Shown here: piece by piece, positions 23,501 through 32,200 of the stretch
Layout: every line of letters begins with the position of its first letter
How positions within the stretch are numbered: the first letter of the stretch is position 1
Assembly (NCBI GenBank): GCA_001643675.2
Contig: LSRY02000044.1
Span: 1 to 64,000 of the forward strand
Length of the DNA: 64,000 nt
Source of the DNA: Monocercomonoides exilis PA203
Lineage: Eukaryota > Protista > Preaxostyla
Direction: 5' to 3'
Notes under the pieces: generated by a model
Databases searched by the model: none
The model's input: the letters and a program-made list of their open reading frames with translations, nothing else
Told to the model about the DNA's origin: nothing
Translations under genes and position numbers: made by a program

Positions 23501-25809
23501 ATTTAACTGTTTCAAAATCACTATTGGACATTAATGAATGTGGTCAATTAACAATCAAGGATTTCAATACAGAAAATATCACAGTTGAAGGAAATGAAGA
23601 ATCATTGATTTCTTGCTTTTCAATGAAAAAGACAATGCAATTGACAAATTGCACAATGGGTGGAGTCAGTGCAAAGACAACAAAAGGGAAATTGATGAAA
23701 GTGGAGAGTTGTTTGGATGTGAAAATGGACAGTTGTGTTTTTGATGGGAGTTCAAAAGAAAGAAACGAGAAGAATTTGAATGAAGGGGAAGAGATGTGCA
23801 GATGGTCAGGATCTCTTGTGGATGTTGTGAAGAGTTCTATGGTGATGAAAGACACAACAATCTCGAATTCACCAGAGGGTGCAATAACAACAAGTGGAGG
23901 AAATGTGAAAATTGAAGCAGGGAATTTCTCAAACAATAATCCATCAATTGATGGATATCCATCATTGAGAAGAAATATCATCTGTTCAGATTCAGGAGTG
24001 TTGAATGTGGTGAGTTTGAAAGGAGGAGATGGAGTTTTTCCAAATTCATCACTTTGGATGTCGAATAAAGGATGCAATTTTGAAGGGATTGCTTCAGAAA
24101 GGGATTCATCATTCTTCATTCCTGTTCTGGAGAGTGTAGAAGTAAAAGAAGAGACAGATAGAATGAGGCTGACATTCAAAGGATTGCTTCTTATTCCATG
24201 CAATTTGTCATTCTCAGTTGTGAAGAGGAAAGGTGAAGAGAAAGAGATTGAAAAACATGATTTTGATTCAAATGGATTCTTGTCAGAAAGAGAAGTCGAA
24301 GGGAGAATAGCAAAGGATCTAATCAGCAATAATGGAGATGATGTTGAAGTGAGCGTGCATATTTTATTTGGAAACGCAAAATCTCCTTCATCAACAAATT
24401 CATTCATTTTGAAGAATTACAGCGAAGCAAAGACAAATGGAGATGAAAGGATTGTTGAAGGAGGAAAAGAAGGGAAATCATATTGGTTGTTGATTGTGAT
24501 TGTGCTTGTTGTAATTCTGCTGATTGTTCTGATTGTGTCAATTGTTCTGGCTGTTCGATGGAGAAAAGCAAAGAAAGAGAACAAAGATCTGAGAAAGATT
24601 GTGAATGATAACATCAAGAAGGATCCGAAGGCGTTTGAGATGGTGACAATGGAGATGTCACCAGAGGCGCAGTGGAGGAGTGAAGAGATGAATAATGAAG
24701 AGAATGCAAAGAAGAGGGTGTTTGTGAAGACAATGGTGCATTCGGAGTCAGAAGAGTATTTGCTGAGTGAGAGTGGATCGACAGAATATATTCTTGGAAA
24801 GGATTCAGACAAGATTCCTGAATGGGCACTGGAGAAAGAAGAAGAAGAAGAGATAAGGAAGAGATCACCATCACCATCCGTCTCATCCATTTCATCCACA
24901 GACACAGAAACAACATTTGTTCGTGGAGAAGATCTGTGTCCAACAACCTCATCGATGTCGAATCTGGTGGATGCAATTGCCTGTTCAACTCCACATGAGA
25001 AGCTGATTGTGGATTTGAGGGATTCGCTGTTCATGTTGTTGCATGGGCTGAACAAGACAAAGGAGATGGCGATAGGCACATTGAAGGAAAGAGAGCAGAC
25101 AGCAGCAGAAGTGCTGCTGCTGGTGGCGAATCTGGCGCTCCACTCGTTTGACGAGATGGAAGTTCAACTTCAATCACTTATCAATCTGAGTCCGCACATT
25201 GTTCTGTTTTCGGAGCACATGGTGATCTGCATTGCACTCCACTCAGACTGTTCGTCAGATGATGACTCAGATTCTTCATCCATTTCTTCATCAACATTTG
25301 TGACATCTGCCAGTGATGATGATGATGATAGTGACTCTCTTCCCTCATCAGCGTTTGAGGATGAGCCCGACAACTGGAATGAGTGTTTGAGATGGAAGGC
25401 GCCAGAGTTGCAGATGAAGAGGAAGATGGGAGCAACAAAGAGCTCAGTTGTGTTTTCGATGGGGATGATGCTGTGGGAGATTCTGACAGTGGAGATTCCG
25501 TTTGGGGAGTATTCAGCAGAGGTGGCGGGGCAGAAGATTGTGAATGGGGAGAGGCCGGAGATGGAGAAGGTGGCGGGGTCGTCATTTGGCGGGGTTGTGA
25601 AGGGGTGTGTGGCGTGTGCGCCTGGAGACCGGTGTGGGCTGGGGGAGCTGAGGCGAGAGCTGGCGGCGAGGCGCGGGCCAGAGGCGATGATGGTGACAGC
25701 ATCGGATGCGCTTTGCCTGGTGGATGGGTCGGTGATCAGGCGAGACAAAAGCGGGGATGAGATTGTGTCGAGCAGCTATTTGAAAGGGGAAGAGAGAGGG
25801 ATGGCGTGA
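14575..25809 (+). CDS. Giant single-pass surface protein (3744 aa from ATG 14575): signal peptide, pectin-lyase/Pmp-like beta-helix repeats with seven CGxxxx(P/R)C modules, TM helix, cytoplasmic degenerate TK/TKL-like kinase
   Basis: Intronless ORF with a hydrophobic N-terminus MVLGLSGILYCVWIISVG and GGAI/GGG plus FxxC repeats. Modules: CGMSESAPC, CGFGYFPC, CGFETFRC, CGYEDFPC, CGSEAYPC, CGSEEEPC, CGTNTLPC. TM YWLLIVIVLVVILLIVLIVSIVLAV-RWRK. Kinase C-lobe LRWKAPE...VFSMGMMLWEILTVEIPF...GERP. Confidence 0.9.
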   Translation: MVLGLSGILYCVWIISVGCVCKGATSDGAGFVEESAKEGELDCAKGTWSEKAQNNKIGDDNLFDTHVEGKEGGARETWKEAITMKKCTKRWNGRSGEIGKVRKWGFCEEWKMWGKEGVCGGSGVEGSVVVVNSSLKLNSLGLRERGEESVLRASDGSSVEVSGCVIGVERETSPFDFCGSCGLFTNISLRSSSTSSSTSTEQIFPPLFSSKAVEGEISEKCHISVCSSHFSSFCVSSAPFISSHFVFLSQLEFFNISTNPQKTRQLAERLSQTSFLMSGCEFVSVWDVYDGGIVPSLNSPSSSLAASNTSFVRCYRSQNVAVNGSEGNPSKPGRQQIADNGANSFTWCVWNGSSTTGTSYSYSDGTSSGGAINMYNKTSGTLSVKFCSFNNCTAYYAGGGIMCRSLNSIKIENSSFNSCTAQKDYGGGMYVNSISSCVRISGCEFQKCKASGYGGGLFLYNFNVSGSSCIGTENGKGESACVFECSFTSCTLSSTGGGGMYCSCVTAAFKMRSVQFISCRVVAWGGGLDFYAGQSTAPSNNLYFYFLFFHDCRCTTTSTPYGHDVCFRDLYNLFSSNNPFYESFTTNSNESRLCYTYTQSGSWKYQHTEKMNWQSYMKERYVGVSGSDASNLCGMSESAPCKTVGHAVGSSMAQLSSTITVLGGKHVSENSTINVGEKTISVVGRGKAVSVIGTNSLSTSSTTLFSISTGQLEVGHVGIDHNAARSPSPSVFVVSLGSGTLLLEDVVIDSSTSGGNGMMKCVFEVTLKQLKTIDVEIKNMKMSQSLFAEPSSTGSSSGESVLANVTIRNVNRIGGDGVVLAKSVRGGETFVVWNTTMEGCECVNGNGGGIKVELEAPSSKTRIGTSTSHSGGTTKFNKTKCSGYGGGVMLWLANNSFDFAITSVSFVGCSATLGGKDVFVNGSRLVSGTITTTKLNVGHNSSVYDELMGYDRNEGEMGIFPLNVFLETFSGAAHVGKGVNGYGGYDSWFCGFGYFPCKTIAFASQNRFSSSKKNITLDSGFELGEVLSMAGSYEWEVYCTINKTNVNVRVPSGMTSSCLINIQRASSIKNIAFQIPFLLSSATSLIVLTSSSLTLTDCSVAHSSESISSVAFGYSIVNVQGGSLNMERFAIEEGLTFDDHSAIEFCEGMMSVICSGCNISGVVKNEGDGGWMKGTVGGSGTLTVDGCNVNGCSCVGGNGGGIYVGLKGNGKVVVNGTSVIDGNKAENNGGNGGRGGGMFVLMESEGCGLTIGHDAEFSKVNGNVAEYGKDVFVDCGSGVFLESKVNTSSFAFFDTNTIPSDVLKLSGSENGDESGVIPLFVFLCTMGTKVIVDGSGGNGKDNNHCGFETFRCLTVDYCANSRMSSTVNEIEIASSSSITKEIAGPSFGVSISGRIVSSDGERIQVNVSDGGSDTQDWLVGCSSSLTMRRLSFVVKGQLKSRRSAFIHSTSTLSVTNCSVSFEGGAFTDGKIGYSIIEMTGGNLIVDGFVMESGVTLKMNGKSPITMTSGVKLEILNSRVSGVEVEVAGGSGGGGCLNVGMGANGNVKIEESNLSSTCSGGSGMKGGGMMISVGSGGTLRVKGVNISGCEVPSEDDENGGRGMGGGMFAELANQMGSFSLESMTFSGCNAWKGKNLFVEAQDLTTVINSTSIGFNPEIGIKVADLNELCGRERGEAELIVPLVVFLRTFSSTAYVSGRKQGSEFRLCGYEDFPCKGIGNVGEVQFPSSKRVIRLTSTFSFVEEVKLDEQSYEIDSSNKDVGLKVGGTGTKTQEALVMNSVSSTLTGILFELGGSIWEHTSFVHSSGGTLRFADCGIKMGNGVDSANYVFVSASGGALSISDFSMTHVKFGMNPFIVINGNGEASIGDSLLESVETTNMKGLIEYSSSSSPLTIGNVTAQECVMGGKGLIWDENGKKLGMRNCTIMKTHSLEGNGSVVSGEVGDGCVIEVNDVVIEGCGTLKGCGGGMSVILKGTGEMRLGKSGVVTSFEKCSAGGEGSIGGYGGGVNLDLSDDCVNNFVLTTLIFKGNVAAEGRDLFISCKKLNETVTKERFGFEYKYENGEGEWMEVDMKGVDREHFVESVDLGLFLVEMKGMDVCVSKEGYDTLGCGSEAYPCESMWSGISHIDRSETEGERKVKVRDEGTIEDVYSFTDALVIDGCVNEGDETKHKPIQFNERIKGNSASSSSSVISSTVSLSLLSLKLQIPSQFEPNMNSLISSSGVLQLESCLFSIQSSTTIQYSLISTISGSCILKGCSLTDFSFSISPLVMASSVLFENSNFSNIRNTGSGEEGGVAKVILQGNEDLVIKSTNASSCSLSSGNGKGGFLYLDCQNCLNEKPFVFDADVTFKNNNAAIGKNMFILGNDFNSSVTNDSFHFNYLPMINEKTLFVGSDDFHSNKDLFMFLIPYSSTEIFISSSGFDVARCGSEEEPCFTMWKGMENVKQEVGKKTIQIEGSTIIQDSFNVSNYQIKKGVKMGEENVKATLNFENAIGDQLEYFMGNDIHLELTNIQLKLTSGFDNSAKTIISNRKGELVITGCSFYSEIGVNNGFDCVFVDAIGGSVEVNDLSIESCNVGNSIFTIHDSGVSCHFVNVRVDSLNESRECLLLIKGTESTTKINEKCVNIEIDNSSFSGVKRSDNGASILESKSENKICLVVNSSNITEDKAETSEKGGAIFFTLGASGSMKMIKSEVSQCSCSVSSGKGGGVNLVTKERGDLNFTFMGMKFSANTAKVGNDIFIECFNITSQINESQFQFDLRENHYSQINAIYGIDSCEHKEDTNLIDFVTIYQSDTIIVSSLNGSNDRLCGTNTLPCDSIDQGLIHLTSELISQILVIEESVIGEEINLEEMSLSSKSREMCEVEVKSSIEKTRGALMTTMGTVSLLRVNFVFDSNFISSHESLISPEGGILEVMNCSFTTKQSAREGSIELANIPFHIINTAEGELQVDGCTISNFTLQKSSIYLSSSLPAVIDSLTICNLTVSKSLLDINECGQLTIKDFNTENITVEGNEESLISCFSMKKTMQLTNCTMGGVSAKTTKGKLMKVESCLDVKMDSCVFDGSSKERNEKNLNEGEEMCRWSGSLVDVVKSSMVMKDTTISNSPEGAITTSGGNVKIEAGNFSNNNPSIDGYPSLRRNIICSDSGVLNVVSLKGGDGVFPNSSLWMSNKGCNFEGIASERDSSFFIPVLESVEVKEETDRMRLTFKGLLLIPCNLSFSVVKRKGEEKEIEKHDFDSNGFLSEREVEGRIAKDLISNNGDDVEVSVHILFGNAKSPSSTNSFILKNYSEAKTNGDERIVEGGKEGKSYWLLIVIVLVVILLIVLIVSIVLAVRWRKAKKENKDLRKIVNDNIKKDPKAFEMVTMEMSPEAQWRSEEMNNEENAKKRVFVKTMVHSESEEYLLSESGSTEYILGKDSDKIPEWALEKEEEEEIRKRSPSPSVSSISSTDTETTFVRGEDLCPTTSSMSNLVDAIACSTPHEKLIVDLRDSLFMLLHGLNKTKEMAIGTLKEREQTAAEVLLLVANLALHSFDEMEVQLQSLINLSPHIVLFSEHMVICIALHSDCSSDDDSDSSSISSSTFVTSASDDDDDSDSLPSSAFEDEPDNWNECLRWKAPELQMKRKMGATKSSVVFSMGMMLWEILTVEIPFGEYSAEVAGQKIVNGERPEMEKVAGSSFGGVVKGCVACAPGDRCGLGELRRELAARRGPEAMMVTASDALCLVDGSVIRRDKSGDEIVSSSYLKGEERGMA

Positions 25810-26570
25810 ATGGACGGATAATAAAAAAGAAATGGAAATGGAGAGAAAAAGAGAAAGAAACGAAACGTTGGAGGGTTTGAACGATGGGGGTGGAGAAAGT
25901 TGAATTGGAAATGAATGTCTGGAAGATCAAGGTGAGTGAAATATGTGAAATTTTTGTTGTTTTATTGTTTTTGTTGGGTTGTATGTGAGTGAGTGAATTT
26001 TTTTTTTTTTGAATGGAATAATTCCTTCGTTTTTTGTTTTCTGTTTTCTGTTTGAAGTGTTTGATTTGCATTTGCATTTGTCTTTCATTCACATTCATCT
26101 TTCTGTTCACTTTCGAATGGAACATTTGAAGCCTCTGGTGTGTGCCAATGAACAGTTGGTGCACATATCTGTATGTATGTGTATGTATTGGTGTGTATAT
26201 GTATTTGGCTGTGCTGTGATATACTTTTGCAATATTTATCTTTTCATCATTTTTGGAGCTTCTGTTTGGTCTTCTTCACAACAAAGAAGATATACGTGTT
26301 TTCTTTTCTTTTCTTTTTTAGTTATTTTGTCATTTCAAAGGAATGTTATTGGGAATGAATAAAAGAGAACAAAACAAGAAATGTGAATGGTTAATTTGAA
26401 ATCATTGTGCTTGAAATCTCTTTGAAATTGAAACTTTTCTATGCAAATTATCTGTGCAGAAAAAAAGTCGTTATTTTGTCACATTGTATTTCAGATGGGT
26501 GATAATATTTGAAATCATTTTTTTCTTTCAAAATTTTCAGTTCGAACATATCTCTTAAATATTTGCAACT

Positions 26571-26839
26571 GTGGGAAAATATAGATTTTCAAGCTTTTAA
26601 TGCACAAAGCATGAAAAAACATATACCCTCATAACTTTATCAATCATTCTCAGATTATGAAATTAAATTGATTTTCATATCTACAATCAAAAATCAATGA
26701 TTAAGTGATATTCCATTTTGTGACATTTCACGAAAGTCGAAAAACGGACTCATTTTTTTCACAATTTTTCATCGCAAAAAGTTATCAAAAAGAACGTAAA
26801 ATTTGGAATGAAAAAACCTTAAGATAAATATTTTGCACC
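26571..26839 (+). mobile_element. Diverged second copy of the ~268-bp MITE
   Basis: Colinear with 28042-28308 through shared blocks ttttcaagctttt, tgcacaaagcatgaaaaaa, ttctcagatt and acatttcacgaa-gtc-aaaaa-ggact-attttttt. Ends are gtgggaaaa...ttttgcacc, with flanks aact/aaat. Confidence 0.7.
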
Positions 26840-27512
26840 AAATAAACATTGAAAAGAAAAAGGGCAAAATAAAGTCGTCATCGTTTTTATATCTTAAGAA
26901 ACATTTGTTCTGAACTGGTGATGATGAATTTTTCATTTGATTGCAAAATCTCTTCCCAATAATTTTCTATCTTTGACAAATGAACACACCAAAAAAAGAC
27001 TTGAATTCAAAAATAATCACCCGTGTAATAATAATTCTTACTTTCACTTGCAAAAAAATACATTAAATTTTATTAGAAAAATGAATAAAATATATATGGT
27101 CAAACTGAGTGGAACAAAATTCATGAAGCAAAAAATATCGTCACATATATACGCACATTTTTAAATTATAATTGTTTCATTTATCGATCAAAAATTTCGG
27201 TTTTGAGCTTTTTCTTATAAAAGGTTTACAAGTCAAAATAATATGTATTTTTTAGAAAATTTGTTTTTTCTTTTCGAAAAAAACGTATTCGTGAAGAATT
27301 TCCTTAAAAAAGAAAAAATTGAACCAAAATTAATTTTCTCATTATCTAATTTCCCTTTTTTTCTTTGTTAAGCTATATCGCATATAGTCTCAATTGGATA
27401 CTGCCACAAAAAGAAATGCAAAAACAAATGCGATTATATCCGATTTATGCAGTATTTTTCACTAATTGTTATGAAAGATGATATCAGTTCTTTCTTATGA
27501 AAAAAATCGAAG

Positions 27513-28957
27513 TTGCTAAGAAGAAAACTGGAAAGTGTTCATTTTCAAATCAATACAACATTCATGTTTGAATCGAAATTCAGATTGAAAACATCTCCTC
27601 CTAATAACGTTCACATTCGACCATCATCTGTTTCAAACAAGCAGTCTTTCAAACATTTCTTCTTTCTTCTCCAATCATTTCATGACTCAACCAAATACTC
27701 TCATTCACTAATCATTGACACTTTCTAATCTTCTCTAAGTCTCTCGGACTCATCGAAAAATCTAGTCGTTCATCCTTCAGATGTTCCAGTTGGTTTTTCA
27801 ATAGCTCCATTCAACATGCCAAACTCCACTCTTGTGGTAGCAGTTGCAGCTGATTGTGATTCCTTTCCAAGTTTAAAACTTTGTCCTCAAATGAATTTTC
27901 CACAGAAATAAAGGACTTGCTCGACCAGCAGCTTCACTCCTGGGAAGACAATGATGTGTGGATGATTGATGCATTGTTTGCTCGCTATACTGAAGAAATA
28001 CTACTGTTTGTGATTGTTAAAAGAAGAAAATTTCTTGATATGGGGGGAAATACTGTCTTTCAAGCTTTTTTTGCACAAAGCATGAAAAAATTGTTTCGCT
28101 CAAATCTTTATTTCGCTTTCTCAGATTTCAAAATAAATTGGATTCTCACATCTGCAAACAGGTATCGTTGAAATCAAAATATAAAGTTTTCCAACATTTC
28201 ACGAACGTCAAAAAATGGACTTATTTTTTTGTGTTTTTTGACCTCAAAAAGTCAATGAAAAGTGTTTAATTTTTTTCTGAAAATGCTTGAAGCAAAAATT
28301 TTTGCCCCATATGAACGAAGAGAGATGCTTGCTTCTCTTGGATTCTCATTTTTAAAGAGCACAGCCAGATCTGTGGCAAAAATTTGCAGATGAATCAATT
28401 GACGTTGTTGCATTTATTCCACACAGCACTCGTCTTTCACAGCCACTTGACTGCGGAGTTTTTGCTGCATTTTGAAAGTGTTTCACTTCCAATAATGTTG
28501 TTCCATCATCTTCTTCGATCACATTTAGAAGAAAAGCAGTTGCAAATGTTTTGCCACAGGCTTTGCAAACTGCATTGCTTCCTTCAACAATTCACTCTGC
28601 ATTTGAAAAGAGCGGCATGTTGTCTGGGCAGTCCAATTCCGTATTGGTGAAGTTACCTGACACTCCTTCAGTTCAGCAGAAAAAAAATCCCATCGGTTCA
28701 ATTTTCATGGGAAAAATATTTCTGACCAAGCATTTATAGATGAATGGAAAGAATGCAAAAAGATGAAAGAGGAGAAGAAGATTGATGATTCTGCTGAAGA
28801 AAAAATTGAAAAAGATTTGTTTTTTGAAGAGAAGCCGAAAAAAAGAAAAATATCCAAATCCCAATTTTTAAAAGATGATGATTTAGAAGATGATAATGAA
28901 CGAAGAAATACTAGAAAAATTATTAAAAGAGAATTAATGGATTATATTTACTACTAA
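27513..28957 (+). pseudogene. Pogo/Tigger-like (Tc1-mariner superfamily, DDE_1) transposase relic, interrupted by a MITE
   Basis: Motifs in the expected order: KYSHSLIIDTF*SSL (first-Asp region), TLVVAVAADCDSFP, VWMIDALF, CLLLLDSH (28326-28349), FIPHSTRLSQPLDCGVFAAF, IHSAFEKSG, then a K/E-rich tail. Several stops and frameshifts; TIRs not identified. Confidence 0.85.
28042..28308 (+). mobile_element. 267-bp MITE-like insertion with GGGG...CCCC termini and a 4-bp ATAT target-site duplication
   Basis: ATAT at 28038-28041 and 28309-28312. Removing the element plus one TSD restores the transposase frame KRRKFLD-M-NEERCLLLLDSH. Confidence 0.85.
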
Positions 28958-29233
28958 TTATTGCATTTTTTCGATAATTTCAACATGCGATTTATAAAAT
29001 TTTTTTTTATTTTTTTATCAAAAAATAAAAATTATGTCCTGATAAAAAAATCACTCAATAGATTTTTAGATTATACTTTTTGCTTTTAAATAATCTCTCA
29101 TAATAAATTAACTTTTGGTTATTTCCACAAATTATGTCAGAATCTTTATTGCTCTAATTTATTGTTTGAAATATTATTCTTCAAAGACAAAATGTATGAG
29201 AACAACCAATAAGATTTTTAAAAAGGAAAAATA

Positions 29234-32200
29234 TTATATCCATAGCTCTGGACAGGATAAATTCATTGTGTTCCATTTTTCTTCAGTAGAAAGGAACCAA
29301 TCTTTTTTATAGAGTAACGTGAATGTGGATATATCAGCTTCAGGTGATGATGAAGCGAAGTTTATTGAAATTTTTCCATCTTCAGCAGTCGCAATTCCTC
29401 CTTTTGCTCTTACAAAATCTTCAAGATATAGTGCAAGCTTCACTTCAAGTTCTGAAGAAGAAGAAGAAGCTGATGATGATGAAGCTACTGAAGGCAAAGG
29501 CAAAACATAATCTATGCCAGGACGGACAAGAACAAGCTCGAATGCCATCCCATCAACCTCTTCCAAAGATCGCCCAATTTCAACTCTTCCCATTGGCATG
29601 GCAGACAATGGATAAACATCCTGTCTCAGAAGAGAGCGTACAACGGAATAATGCTTTGTCAGAATGTCACTGAGTCTCTGAATGCATTTGTTATCTTCTT
29701 CCTTCTTCTTCATCAGCTGCTCTTGCGTCATCTCAACAACTGGTTTGCGCTCTGGAAGAATAATCTTGAACTCTGGTTTTCCAATTGCTTTCATCGTTGC
29801 CTTTGCTGCTTCGTTTGCATCTTTTTCTTGTTTTGGTTTCTCCTCAGCTTCTTTTTCGGCTTCTTTTTCTTCTTCTTTTTTAGCGTCTTTTGCGCTTGCT
29901 TCAATTGCAATTCCTTTCTTCTTTGCTTCCTTAAGTCTCTCAGCTTCTGCCTGTTTTGCCAATAAAGCCTTTCGTTGTGCAAGTTTTCTTTCCTTGTCAA
30001 CTTGCCTTTTGTCCTTCTTTTCTTCTTTTCCCTTTGAAGATGCCGAAGGATCCACTCCATCCACAAGCACTGTTGTAATCAAATGTTCAAGCCCATAGCA
30101 AGCAGATGAAGTGTCTCCTGATTTCTCTCCTGCTGTTGGGATCGCCTTCCCAACAGCCTTCACAAATACCTCAACATGATCTTCTGGCAATAAAGAAAGT
30201 CTTTTTCTGAGCTGCATCACACGATTGACGAACGATCTGGCGTGTCCTTGTTCAATGGCGGTCTGATCTACTTCTGTCGTCATTTCAACAATTAAGTCGC
30301 GCTCTGCAACATTCACGCGCTTGCTTGCAGATGACGGCTTTGAAGAACCTGACAATCCCTGGTTGAATTGCTCAAGTGAAACACTGGTTAAAAGACTCCT
30401 CTCCACAACCACGTCATCCCGCCCAAGCTCGTATTCCTGATCAAAGCATACAATTTTCATCTTCCCGCTTATTTCAAATTCCTCAATTGATTCTTTTGGC
30501 TGCTTTTGTAGCACTTTTCCAAGCTCCTCAACAAATTCTTTGGTTGATTTTCCTGCTCTTTTTGACATTTCAGCTGCATTCTTCCAGCACTGCTTTGAGA
30601 CATTGCAAGATAGATTAACAATGCCCTGTGGAGATTTGATAACAATTGAGCTGACATTAAGTTCTGTCTTGATATAGTTGTTCAATCCATATTTGTCAAA
30701 GCCACTTCGAACAGAATCGTTGAATGACAACACGCAAAGCTCTTTCATTGGTATCTTCAATGACAGATGAGCCTTCTCTCTGATCTGCCTTCCAAGAACA
30801 ATCACTTGCTTCATCATTGCCATTGCGTTGCATAGCTGTGAATCAGTTTCGCTCAGCGTAAATGAACTGCTTGATGATGAAGCACTCGAAGCAGAAGCTG
30901 AAGCCGATGATGAAGCATTGCACGATTGACTGTCAGAAGATAAATCGCTCTCTTTTGGATACATTGAGAAATGAACTGAGGCCAACTTTTCTTCTTCCTT
31001 CATGTATGGTTTTAATCCTTGATAGATCATCTCGCAGATGAATGGAGTAAATGGAGTCATCATTACAGAAAGTGTATGCAAAACCTCAAACAGCACACAA
31101 AGAGACTTATGCCATTCAACAGCTCCTTCCACTCCCTTCAATCTCGGACGGTTCAGTCGGACATACCAGTTGGTAAGATCAGATATGTACGACAAGGTCA
31201 GAGGCACAACAGTGTACAGTCTGTATGCACTCATCTCTGTGCGAATTTGTGAGATGAGCTGTTGAGTCGAAAGCAAAATCCACCGGTCAGTCACATTTGT
31301 CGATCCAAGTGCCACCGCGCGGTCGTGAATAAAACGCACTTTTTCTTCACCTGATGCTGGAGATGGCGAAGGGGTTGGAGTGAATGATTCGTCAGGCTTG
31401 GGGGTGTCGCTGCTTGAAGGGTCTTTATCACCTTCTGTTCCCATCATCATGGCAGCTGTCGGCTTTCCTCCCAGATGATTAAACAAAGACACGTACTGCT
31501 GGAAGAACAAGAAGCAGTTCCACCAGGGATTCATCACTTGTCTCACAACCTCCTGCACTCCTTCCTCGGTGAATGCTAAGTCTTCTGCATGGACAGCCGG
31601 TGACGATATAAGATATAACCGCAATGCGTCAGCACCAGAACGACTAACAACACCCATTGGATCGGGATAGTTCTTCAACCGCTTTGACATTTTCTGTCCA
31701 TTTGAAGCAAGCACAATGCCATTCACAATAACGTTCTTAAACGAGCACATTCCAAAAAGTGCCTGAGACAGCACAAGCAATGTGTAAAACCAACCTCGTG
31801 TCTGATCAACTCCTTCTGCAATGAACTCTCCTGGGAACGAGCGCTCAAAGAACTCCTTGTTTTCGAACGGATAGTGATTTTGGGCAAAAGGCATTGAACC
31901 TGATTCGAACCAGCAATCAAACACACCTCCGACTCTTTTAAGGAGGCCTTTTCCTTTTTTTGACGGAATAGTCATTTGATCCACAAAATCAGTGTGTATA
32001 TCTGTGATTCCTTTAATGCCTGTTGCTTCTTCTAACTCAGCTATTGATCCGATCACAACTCTTTCTTCACCATCTTCGCTCTCCCAAATTGGCAGTGGTG
32101 TTCCCCAGAATCGGTTCCGAGAAATTGCCCAGTCACGTGCATTCAACAGCCACTCCGTAAAGCGGGCTTTGATCTTGTCAGGAACCCAGCGCACAACTTG

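Noticed and set aside
14730-25748. Many minus-strand Pro/Ser/Phe-rich ORFs
   Set aside because: Antisense to the Gly-rich surface-protein gene.
27150-29070. Terminal inverted repeats of the pogo element
   Set aside because: Only weak AT-rich similarity between about 27170 and 29040; ends cannot be called.
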